Source: Eledone cirrhosa (taxonomy: Eukaryota). From it: 64,000 nucleotides of DNA. The translations under genes were made by a program, and so were the position numbers. Of this stretch, positions 1-11,651 are shown one piece after another. The notes beneath the pieces are model-generated. The model saw only the letters and a program-made list of their open reading frames with translations, was not told the DNA's origin and did no database searches. Each line of letters opens with the position of its first letter. The first letter of the stretch is position 1. The stretch covers positions 21,390,001-21,454,000 of the forward strand of contig OZ024766.1 in NCBI GenBank assembly GCA_964016885.1. Direction: 5' to 3'.

Positions 1-1435
1 CCACCACCACCACCACCACCACCGCCATACCACCACCACCACCACCACCACCATACCACCACCACCACCACCACCACCACCACCACCACCACCACCAACC
101 ACCACCACCACCACCACCACCATACCACCACCACCACCATACCACCACCATACCACCACCACCACCACCATACCACCACCACCACCACCACCATACCACC
201 ACCACCACACACCACCACCACCATACCACCACCATACCACCACCACCACCACCATACCACCACCACCACCATACCACCACCACCATACCACCACCACCAC
301 CACCACCACCACCACCACCACCACCATACCACCACCACCACCACCACCACCATACCACCACCACCACCATACCACCACTATACCACCACCACCACCACCA
401 TACCACCACCACCACCACCACCATACCACCACCATACCACCACCACCACCATACCACCACCATACCACCACCACCACCACCACCACCATACCACCACCAT
501 ACCACCACCACCACCACCACCACCATACCACCACCATACCCCCACCACCACCACCACCACCATACCACCACCACCACCACCACCATACCACCACCATACC
601 ACCACCACCACCACCACCACCATACCACCACCACCACCACCACCATACCACCACCATACCACCACCACCACCATACCACCACCATACCACCACCACCACC
701 ATACCACCACCATACCACCACCATACCACCACCACCACCATACCACCACCATACCACCACCACCACCACCACCACCATACCACCACCACCACCACCACCA
801 TACCACCACCATACCACCACCACCACCACCACCACCATACCACCACCACCACCACCACCATACCACCACCATACCACCACCACCACCATACCACCACCAT
901 ACCACCACCACCACCATACCACCACCATACCACCACCACCACCACCACCATACCACCACCACCACTACCACCACCACCACCACCACCACCACCACCATAC
1001 CACCACCACCACTACCACCACCACCACCACCACCACCACCACCACCACCACCACCATACCACCACCACCACCACCACCATACCACCACCACCACCACCAT
1101 ACCACCACCACCACCACCACCATACCACCACCACACCACCACCATACCACCACCACACCACCACCATACCACCACCACCACCACCACCACCATACCACCA
1201 CCACCACCATACCACCACCACCACCACCACCACCATACCACCACCACCATACCACCACCACCACCACCACCACCATACCACCACCACCACCACCACCACC
1301 ATACCACCACCACCATACCACCACCACCACCACCACCACCATACCACCACCACCACCATACCACCACCATACCACCACCACCACCATACCACCACCACCA
1401 CCACCATACCACCACCACCACCACCACCACCATAC
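1..1435. repeat. (CCA)n/CCATA low-complexity microsatellite, intronic
   Basis: Nearly pure CCA triplets interrupted by TA; ends just before the XPO6 acceptor at 1465-1466. Confidence 0.95.
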
Positions 1436-1466
1436 CTGCCTCCACCTCCCCCAAACCTTTCTCCAG

Positions 1467-2256
1467 ACAGTCTGCTGAGCAACATGTTCAAGTCCCCTTC
1501 CAGTGGCAACCGGAGCCTGCAGCTGGAGGCCCTGCCCCCGCTGGACGTGGCCTCGTCCCTGCTCTGTGAGCTCTCCCTCGAGTGCCTCGCGCACTACTTC
1601 ACCTGGGTGCCCCTCTCCAGCACCATCACCCCGAACCTGCTCAGCACCATCTTCCACTTCGCTGCGTTTGGCTGTGAGGTGCGCTCCAGCTACCCCCATC
1701 ACCACCACCACCACCTTCATCGCGGCGGGGGCGGTGTTGCCTCCCCCGCCGGTGGGGATAGACTCGGGGTCGGTGGCGCCAACAACAACAACAACAACAG
1801 CAGCGGCGGTGGCGTTGGTGGCATTAGCGGCGGCGGCGCAGGAGGAGGAGGAGCGGGCTGCGGCATCCGGGGTAGAGGGGTGTCGCCGTCCCCTACCCGG
1901 GGGCCCAACGCGGGGCCCTCGCCGGCTTCTGCTGCTGCTGCAGCGGCGCCGTCGGGCCTCGGCGCGCTCCCGACGCCGACCACCACGCCGACCGGCTGCT
2001 GCGCCGGGGCGGGCGGGGCCGACAGCAACAGCTGCGGCACCGTGGGCGGGGGCGGGGTCTCGGCGGGTAACACTCAGTCCCTGGGGGTCCTCGCCATGAA
2101 CTGTATCAACGAGCTCCTCTCGAAGAACTGCGTTCCCCAGGAATTTGAGGACTTTCTGCTCCAGATGTTCCAGCAGACCTTTTTCCTACTCCAGCGCCTT
2201 ACAAAGGAGAGTTCCCTCAACACTAGCGGCAACAAGCTGGCAGACCTTGAAGAATG
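1467..2256 (+). CDS. XPO6: Exportin-6, first exon in window (gene is 5'-partial)
   Basis: LECLAHYFTWVPLS...IFHFAAFGC and LGVLAMNCINELLSKNCVPQEFEDFLLQMFQQTF match XPO6 as recalled; acceptor ctccag| (alternative acag| at 1470); donor tg|gtgagt. Confidence 0.9.
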
Positions 2257-2329
2257 GTGAGTAATTATTTATTCAGGGTGTACCACCGTCATCATCTTTG
2301 TTTAACGGCCATCTTCCACGCTAGATATA

Positions 2330-4604
2330 TCATCATCATCATCATTTCATTTTATGTCCTCTTCTCCCTGCTTGCAAGGGTGGGACGGGAACTGATTCTG
2401 GCTTGTATTTCTACAGCTGGATGCCCTTCCTAACACCAACCTCATTTACAGTGAGGGCTGGGGGCTTTTTTGCCGTGGCACCTCCACGACCACTTTACAG
2501 TGAGTGCTGGGTGCTTTTTTTGCAGTGGCACCTCCACGACCACTTTACAGTGAGTGCTGGGTGCTTTTTTTGCCGTGGCACCTCCACGACCACTCTACAG
2601 TGAGTGCTGGGTGCTTTTTTTGCCGTGGCACCTCCACGACCACTTTACAGTGAGTGCTGGGTGCTTTTTTTGCCGTGGCACCTCCACGACCACTTTACAG
2701 TGAGTGCTGGGTGCTTTTTTGCCGTGGCACCTCCACGACCACTTTACAGTGAGTGCTGGGGGCTTTTTTGCCGTGGCACCTCCACGACCACTTTACAGTG
2801 AGTGCTGGGTGCTTTTTTTGCAGTGGCACCTCCACGACCACTTTACAGTGAGTGCTGGGTGCTTTTTTTGCCGTGGCACCTCCACGACCACTCTACAGTG
2901 AGTGCTGGGTGCTTTTTTTGCCGTGGCACCTCCACGACCACTTTACAGTGAGTGCTGGGTGCTTTTTTTGCCGTGGCACCTCCACGACCACTTTACAGTG
3001 AGTGCTGGGTGCTTTTTTGCCGTGGCACCTCCACGACCACTTTACAGTGAGTGCTGGGGGCTTTTTTGCCGTGGCACCTCCACGACCACTTTACAGTGAG
3101 TGCTGGGTGCTTTTTTAGCCGTGGCACCTCCACGACCACTTTACAGTGAGTGCTGGGTGCTTTTTTTGCCGTGGCACCTCCACGACCACTTTACAGTGAG
3201 TGCTGGGTGCTTTTTTTGCCGTGGCACCTCCACGACCACTTTACAGTGAGTGCAGGGTGCTTTTTTTGCCGTGGCACCTCCACGACCACTTTACAGTGAG
3301 TGCTGGGTGCTTTTTTGCCGTGGCACTTCCACGACCACTTTACAGTGAGTGCTGGGGGCTTTTTTGCCGTGGCACCTCCACGACCACTTTACAGTGTGGG
3401 CTGGGTGCTTTTTTGCCGTGGCACCTCCACGACCACTTTACAGTGAGTGCTGGGTGCTTTTTTAGCCGTGGCACCTCCACGACCACTTTACAGTGAGTGC
3501 TGGGTGCTTTTTTGCTGTGGCACCTCCACGACCACTTTACAGTGAGTGCTGGGTGCTTTTTTAGCCGTGGCACCTCCACGACCACTTTACAGTGAGTGCT
3601 GGGTGCTTTTTTTGCCGTGGCACCTCCACGACCACTTTACAGTGAGTGCTGGGTGCTTTTTTTGCCGTGGCACCTCCACGACCACTTTACAGTGAGTGCA
3701 GGGTGCTTTTTTTGCCGTGGCACCTCCACGACCACTTTACAGTGAGTGCTGGGTGCTTTTTTGCCGTGGCACTTCCACGACCACTTTACAGTGAGTGCTG
3801 GGGGCTTTTTTGCCGTGGCACCTCCACGACCACTTTACAGTGTGGGCTGGGTGCTTTTTTGCCGTGGCACCTCCACGACCACTTTACAGTGAGTGCTGGG
3901 TGCTTTTTTAGCCGTGGCACCTCCACGACCACTTTACAGTGAGTGCTGGGTGCTTTTTTGCTGTGGCACCTCCACGACCACTTTACAGTGAGTGCTGGGT
4001 GCTTTTTTTGCAGTGGCACCTCCACGACCACTTTACAGTGAGTGCTGGGTGCTTTTTTTGCCGTGGCACCTCCACGACCACTTTACAGTGAGTGCTGGGG
4101 GCTTTTTTGCCGTGGCACCTCCACGACCACTTTACAGTGAGTGCTGGGGGCTTTTTTGCCGTGGCACCTCCACGACCACTTTACAGTGAGTGCTGGGTGC
4201 TTTTTTGCCGTGGCACCTCCACGACCACTTTACAGTGAGTGCTGGGTGCTTTTTTGCCGTGGCACCTCCACGACCACTTTACAGTGTGTGCTGGGTGCTT
4301 TTTTGCCGTGGCACCTCCACGACCACTTTACAGTGAGGGCTGGGTGCTTTTTTGCCGTGGCGCCTCCACGACCACTTTACAGTGAGTGCTGGGTGCTTTT
4401 TTGCCGTGGCACCTCCACGACCACTTTACAGTGGAATGATAGGGACCCCAGTCCCTATCATCTCATTTCTACAGCCGAGTAAACTGGAGCAATGTGAAAT
4501 AAAGTGTCTTGCTCAAGGAAACAACACATCACCCGGTCAGAGAATTGAACTCACAACCTTACGATTGCAAGGCCAATGCTCTAACCACTAACCCATGTGC
4601 CTCC
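2330..4604 (-). mobile_element. tRNA-derived SINE (family A) with about 40 internal 49/50-bp units
   Basis: Reverse strand: A-box-like TGGGTTAGTGG, B-box-like GTTCAATTC, CCTTGAGCAAGACACTT core, minisatellite, LINE-derived tail ending in (ATG)n. Confidence 0.85.
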
Positions 4605-4642
4605 ATATATATACATATATATATATATCCTACGCTGTTATG

Positions 4643-4678
<36 letters not shown>

Positions 4679-4701
4679 ACCCTCTCTCTCTCTCTCCTCA
4701 G

Positions 4702-4828
4702 CTATGTCGAGAAGTTCACAGATTTCCTCCGTCTCTTTGTAAGCATCCATTTGAGGCGGTTTGAATCTAATGCCAAGTTTCCTGTGTTGGAGTTCCTTGC
4801 CCTTCTTTTTAAGTACACATTCAGACAG
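4702..4828 (+). CDS. XPO6: Exportin-6 exon
   Basis: YVEKFTDFLRLFVSIHLRRFES...LLFKYTFRQ; cctcag| and |gtaggt; phase 2 to 0. Confidence 0.93.
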
Positions 4829-4882
4829 GTAGGTGGCACTTTTTCTCACATTTCTCTGTCTGTCTGTGTGTATGTGTGCTTG

Positions 4883-4914
<32 letters not shown>

Positions 4915-5152
4915 GGTGTGTGTTGGAGTTCTCTACCCTTCTTTTTAAGTACACATTCAGACAGGTAGGTGGCGCTTTTTCTCACATTTCTCTGTCTGTC
5001 TGTGTGTATGTGTGCTTGTGTATATATATATATATATATATATATGTGTGGGTGTGTGTTGGAGTTCCTTGCCCTTCTTTTTAAGTACACATTCAGACAG
5101 GTAGGTGGCGCTTTTTCTCACATTTCTCTGTCTGTCTGTGTGTATGTGTGCT

Positions 5153-5194
<42 letters not shown>

Positions 5195-5296
5195 GGTGTG
5201 TGTTGGAGTTCCTTGCCCTTCTTTTTAAGTACACATTCAGACAGGTAGGTGGCGCTTTTTCTCACATTTCTCTGTCTGTCTGTGTGTATGTGTGCT

Positions 5297-5336
<40 letters not shown>

Positions 5337-5430
5337 GGTGTGTGTTGGAGTTCTCTACCCTTCTTTTTAAGTACGCATTTAAACAGATAGGTGGCGCTCT
5401 TCCTCACATTTCTCTCTTTGTCTGTGTGTG
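4783..5430 (+). repeat. 5 x ~136-144 bp tandem copies of an XPO6 exon 3' end plus donor
   Basis: TGTTGGAGTT...AAGTACACATTCAGACAG|GTAGGT repeated. Confidence 0.95.
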
Positions 5431-6132
5431 TTTGTGTGTGTAGTGTATATATATATGTGTGTGTGTAGTGTATATATATATATATATATGTGTGCGTGTC
5501 GTGTATATATATATATGTGTGTAGTGTATATATATATGTGTGTAGTATATATATGTGTGTGGAGTGTATATATATATGCGTGTGTGTAGTGTATATATGT
5601 GTGTGTGTGTAGTGTATATATGTGTGTGTGTGTAGTATATATATATATATATGTGTGTGTAGTGTATATATGTGTGTAGTGTATATATATGTGTGGAGTG
5701 TATATATATATGTGTGTGTGTAGTGTGTATGTGTGTAGTATATATATGTGTGTGTGTGTAGTATATATATGTGTGTGTGTAGTATATATATATGTGTGTG
5801 TATAGTGTATATACATGTGTGTGTGTGTGTGTGTGTGTAATTTAGTTTATTTGCTGGAAGTGTGTATACTTTAGTTGCTGCGAGTGTATGGTGTGTGTGT
5901 GTGTGTGGAGCAGTGCGGCACAGAGTTACGGCCCTTTACGTTCCGAGTTCAAATCCCACCAATATTTAATAGAATATAGAATAAAGTACCAGTGACGTAC
6001 TGGGGGTCGATTTAATCGACGCACCCCCCACCCCCCCAAAAAAAATTTGCTTACCTTGTGCCTATATGAGAAACCCTTATGTTGTTGTTAGTGATGATGA
6101 TGATGATGATGTTGTTGTTGTTTTACTTTCAG

Positions 6133-6242
6133 CCGACCAATGATGGTTTCTACAGTTGTCTGGACATCTGGTCAGTCTTCTTGGATTATCTCCATTCCCG
6201 GAGTGAGATGAGGGCCTCCGACCACGAAGAGGTGTCCAACAG
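6133..6242 (+). CDS. XPO6: Exportin-6 exon
   Basis: PTNDGFYSCLDIWSVFLDYL; tttcag| and |gtcagc. Confidence 0.92.
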
Positions 6243-6316
6243 GTCAGCAGGGATTGACTCCCCCCCCACATTAACTTTTTTTACCCACCCTAACCCCCGT
6301 CCCCCCTTTTTTTTTC

Positions 6317-7385
6317 ACCCACACTAAACCACCCACGGTTCTAAGAACTTTATCCCTGTTTCACCCACACTAAACTACCCACGGTCCTAAGAACTTTGCC
6401 CCAGTTTCACCCACACTAAACTACCCACGGTCCTAAGAACTTTGCCCCAGTTTCACCCACACTAAACTACCCACAGTCCTAAGAACTTTACCCCAGTTTC
6501 ACCCACACTAAACCACCCACGGTCCTAAGAACTTTATCCCTGTTTCACCCACACTAAACTACCCACGGTCCTAAGAACTTTACCCCTTATTCACCCACAC
6601 TAAACTACCCACAGTCCTAAGAACTTTACCCCAGTTTCACCCACACTAAACTACCCACGGTCCTAAGAACTTTACCCCTGTTTCACCCACACTAAACCAC
6701 CCACGGTTCTAAGAACTTTATCCCTGTTTCACCCACACTAAACTACCCACGGTCCTAAGAACTTTGCCCCAGTTTCACCCACACTAAACTACCCACAGTC
6801 CTAAGAACTTTACCCCAGTTTCACCCACACTAAACCACCCACGGTCCTAAGAACTTTATCCCTGTTTCACCCACACTAAACTACCCACGGTCCTAAGAAC
6901 TTTACCCCTTATTCACCCACACTAAACTACCCACGGTCCTAAGAACTTTGCCCCAGTTTCACCCACACTAAACTACCCACGGTCCTAAGAACTTTACCCC
7001 AGTTTCACCCACACTAAACCACCCACGGTCCTAAGAACTTTATCCCTGTTTCACCCACACTAAACTACCCACGGTCCTAAGAACTTTGCCCCAGTTTCAC
7101 CCACACTAAACTACCCACGGTCCTAAGAACTTTACCCCAGTTTCACCCACACTAAACTACCCACGGTCCTAAGAACTTTACCCCTATTTCACCCACACTA
7201 AACCAGCCACGGTCCTAAGAACTTTACCCCTGTTTCACCCACACTAAACTACCCACGGTCCTAAGAACTTTACCCCTATTTCACCCACACTAAACCAGCC
7301 AGGGTCCTAAGAACTTTACCCCTGTTTTACCCACACTAAACCAGCCAGGGTCCTAAGAACTTTACCCCTGTTTTACCCACACTAA
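6317..7385. repeat. 46-bp minisatellite, about 23 copies
   Basis: TTTCACCCACACTAAACTACCCACGGTCCTAAGAACTTTACCCCAG. Confidence 0.95.
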
Positions 7386-7425
7386 CCCTAACCCAGGGTC
7401 CTAACCTGTCTCTCTCTCGTTCCAG

Positions 7426-7534
7426 ATACAAACCTGCCTTACAGTCCTTAGTCTCCCACATTCTCCAGAAGCTACAGTTCCGGTACAACCAATCACAGTT
7501 GGAAGAGCTGGACGATGAATCCCTTGACGATGAT
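7426..7534 (+). CDS. XPO6: Exportin-6 exon
   Basis: LQFRYNQSQLEELDDESLDDD; ttccag| and |gtaagt. Confidence 0.93.
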
Positions 7535-7609
7535 GTAAGTTTCTCGGACCCTGCTCCTCTTGTTGAGTTGGGGTGTGGGGCTGGGTGTGTTTCACAGTCC
7601 CTCTTTCTT

Positions 7610-7648
<39 letters not shown>

Positions 7649-7649
7649 C

Positions 7650-8034
7650 ATTTTTCATTTCACTTTACGTCCACTTTTCCCTGCTTGCAAGGGTGGGACG
7701 GGAACTGGTTCTGGCTTGATTTCTACAGCTGGATGCCCTTCCTAACACCAACCTCATTTACAGTGAGTGCTGGGTGCTTTTTTTGCTGTGGCACCTCCAC
7801 GACCGCTTTACAGTGAGTGCTGGGTGCTTTTTTGCCGTGGCACCTCCACGACCACTTTACAGTGGAACGATAGGGACCCCAGTCCCTATCATCTCATTTC
7901 TACAGCTGAGTAAACTGGAGCAATGTGAAATAAAGTGCCTTGCTCAAGGAAACAACACATCACCCGGTCTGAGAATTGAACTCACAACCTTTCGATTGCA
8001 AGGCCAATGCTCTAACCACTAAGCCATGTGCTTC
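7650..8034 (-). mobile_element. SINE family A, 2 internal units
   Basis: Same head and tail as 2330-4604. Confidence 0.85.
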
Positions 8035-8159
8035 CATTATATATATTTATATATTTACAGTGTGGACTAGGAGGTTTTTACTGTGTTACCTACACGGTCA
8101 CAGTCCATGCTGTAATGTGGCCATGTAGGTAACACGGTAAACCTCCCAGTACACACTGT

Positions 8160-8556
8160 AAACGTGTTGAGAGAGAAACTGGGTATAAGAGGGACAAGTT
8201 GTGGTGTGTGGGAGAGAAGACTGAGGTGGGATGGACATGTGATGTGTTGAGAGAGAAACTGTGTCTGAGAGGGATAGAATGTAGTGTGTGGGAGAGGAGA
8301 CTGAGATGGTATGGACATGTGATGCGCATGGAGGATGACCGATGGGTGAAGAAGTGCCAGGAAATGCCAGTTGAAGGAAGACGTGGTAGAGGTAGACCAG
8401 GAAAAACATGGGCGGAGGTGGTGAGAACAGACCTCAGACAGCTGAAGCTCACGGTGGAGATGACGAAGGACCGTGACAAGTGGAGAGATGCTGTGCTGAA
8501 TAAGACCCGTCCCACCCTTGCAAGCAGGGAAAAGCGGACGTAAAATGATGATGATG
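8160..8556 (+). mobile_element. RTE-clade LINE 3' fragment
   Basis: RRLRWYGHVMRM...VEGRRGRGRPGKTWAEVVRTDL...DRDKWR, typical of the RTE ORF C-terminus; (ATG)n tail. Confidence 0.85.
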
Positions 8557-8751
8557 TTGATGATATACACAACAAATAGTTTGTTTTTACTATTCATCTC
8601 TTGACGATGAATTTACTATTTACCTGTAATTAATTATCAATTTCTTTTTCTTTTTTCACTCTCTTTCTCTACTCAAACACCTCCACTGCCCCACATACAA
8701 TGCTTTCATCACCACTACCACACCCCACACATCACTAAACCACCCTACCAG

Positions 8752-8844
8752 TCAGAAACAGAGTGGCAACATTATCTAAGACAGTGCCTTGAAGTTATTG
8801 CTAAAGTGGGAGAGATCTTGAATCAGGAAACCTTCCAACTTTTG
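8752..8844 (+). CDS. XPO6: Exportin-6 exon
   Basis: SETEWQHYLRQCLEVIAKVGEIL; taccag| and |gtgagt; 31 codons. Confidence 0.92.
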
Positions 8845-8854
8845 GTGAGTTAAC

Positions 8855-11168
8855 TACATTCTTGTTATTGTATTGTCACAGTAAAGGCTTTACCTCACAT
8901 AATACCTCACATAACATTTACATTACTCTATATATACTATTGTATTGTCACAGTAAAGGCTTTACCTCACATAATATCTCACATAACATTTACATTACTC
9001 TATATATACTATTGTATTGTCACAGTAAAGTCTTTACCTCACATAATATCTCACACAACATTTACATTACTCTATATATACTATTGTATTGTCACAGTAA
9101 AGGCTTTACCTCACATAATATCTCACACAACATTTACATTACTCTATATATACTATTGTATTGTCACAGTAAAGGCTTTACCTCACATAATATCTCACAC
9201 AACATTTACATTACTCTATATATACTATTGTATTGTCACAGTAAAGGCTTTACCTCACATAATACCTCACATAACATTTACATTACTCTATATATACTAT
9301 TGTATTGTCACAGTAAAGGCTTTACCTCACATAATACCTCACATAACATTTACATTACTCTATATATACTATTGTATTGTCACATTAAAGGCTTTACCTC
9401 ACATAATATCTCGCATAACATCTACATTACTCTATATATACTATTGTATTGTCACAGTAAAGGCTTTACCTCACATAATATCTCACATAACATTTAAATT
9501 ACTCTATATATACTATTGTATTGTCACAGTAAAGGCTTTACCTCACATAATATCTCACATAACATCTACATTACTCTATATATACTATTGTATTGTCACA
9601 GTAAAGGCTTTACCTCACATAATACCTCACATAACATTTACATTACTCTATATATACTATTGTATTGTCACAGTAAAGGCTTTACCCCACATAATACCTC
9701 ACATAACATTTACATTACTCTATATATACTATTGTATTGTCACAGTAAAGGCTTTACCTCACATAATATCTCACATAACATTTACATTACTCTATATATA
9801 CTATTGTATTGTCACAGTAAAGGCTTTACCTCACATAATATCTCGCATAACATCTACATTACTCTATATATACTATTGTATTGTCACAGTAAAGGCTTTA
9901 CCTCACATAATACCTCACATAACATTTACATTACTCTATATATACTATTGTATTGTCACAGTAAAGGCTTTACCTCACATAATATCTCACATAACATTTA
10001 CATTACTCTATATATACTATTGTATTGTCACAGTAAAGGCTTTACCTCACATAATACCTCACAACATTTACATTACTCTATATATACTATTGTATTGTCA
10101 CAGTAAAGGCTTTACCTCACATAATACCTCACATAACATTTACATTACTCTATATATACTATTGTATTGTCACAGTAAAGGCTTTACCTCACATAATACT
10201 TCACATAACATTTACATTACTCTATATATACTATTGTATTGTCACAGTAAAGGCTTTACCTCACATAATATCTCACATAACATTTACATTACTCTATATA
10301 TACTATTGTATTGTCACAGTAAAGGTTTTACTTCACATAACATTTACATTACTTTATATATACTATTGTATTGTCACAGTAAAGGCTTTACCTCACATAA
10401 TATCTCACATAACATTTACATTACTCTATATATACTATTGTATTGTCACAGTAAAGTCTTTACCTCACATAATATCTCACATAACATTTACATTACTCTA
10501 TATATACTATTGTATTGTCACAGTAAAGGCTTTACCTCACATAATATCTCACATAACATCTACATTACTCTATATATACTATTGTATTGTCACAGTAAAG
10601 GCTTTACCTCACATAATATCTCATAACATTTACATTACTCTATATATACTATTGTATTGTCACAGTAAAGGCTTTACCTCACATAATATCTCACATAACA
10701 TTTACATTACTCTATATATACTATTGTATTGTCACAGTAAAGGCTTTACCTCACATAATACCTCACATAACATTTACATTACTCTATATATACTATTGTA
10801 TTGTCACAGTAAAGGCTTTACCTCACATAATATCTCACATAACATTTACATTACTCTATATATACTATTGTATTGTCACAGTAAAGGCTTTACCTCACAT
10901 AATACCTCACATAACATCTACATTACTCTATATATACTATTGTATTGTCACAGTAAAGGCTTTACCTCACATAATATTGAACTTATGAGATTTTGATATT
11001 ATTTATTTTGAAAACAATACCTTAATGTAGCTACGAGCAGCCAGTTACGGCTAGTTTAAATGCTAAAGGGTTAACATCAGTATGAGTGGCCAATTATAGC
11101 CAGTTGGAACAGAAAGAGGGGAGATAATTCTTGCCGGATATAGCTGGTTTAAATGCTAAAGGGTTAAA
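8855..11168 (+). repeat. 72-bp satellite (about 29 copies) followed by piggyBac-like right ends
   Basis: CATTACTCTATATATACTATTGTATTGTCACAGTAAAGGCTTTACCTCAC... then GCTAAAGGG|TTAA near 11065 and 11160. Confidence 0.9.
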
Positions 11169-11288
11169 GTGCCGCATTCTGTTTATTTCAAGTTCTAGAT
11201 CTTTATATTTAGCAAGTTGTTAACTGTTTTGACTCTGCTCTATTTGTAACAAACCCTTCCCTAATGCCCTGTAATTTTTGTTTTTCAG

Positions 11289-11521
11289 AATGACCTTTTC
11301 CAGGAGTACACCGAGGTGTACTTGGGTCTAGAACAGTATGTCGTCCCTAATGGTGCCCACGGCCGGAAACTGACCATCACCGCGGAGAATGAGTGTCGGA
11401 GACTCCACTGTATTCTACGAGATTTGTCCTCCCTGGAGCAGGCTCTTGGAAGAATGGCGGAACACTTCATTGGCGACAGATTTATTGAAAGTTTCACTGA
11501 TGCTGATAATTTGGTCCAGCG
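11289..11521 (+). CDS. XPO6: Exportin-6 exon
   Basis: EVYLGLEQ...ITAENECRRLHCILRDLSSLEQALGRMAEHFIGD; tttcag| and |gtgagt. Confidence 0.93.
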
Positions 11522-11651
11522 GTGAGTAATGCTGGTTTTGGTGTGGAGTGGTGTTACTGAAATGTGCATAACAATAAGTATTATGTAGCCTGAATGTTTA
11601 TTCGTATAATACATTATATATAAAGTAAAAACCCCCTCCAGTCATGAATGA

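Noticed and set aside
378-1454. Poly-V/W/G and poly-IY ORFs here and at 45000-50700
   Set aside because: Microsatellite translations.
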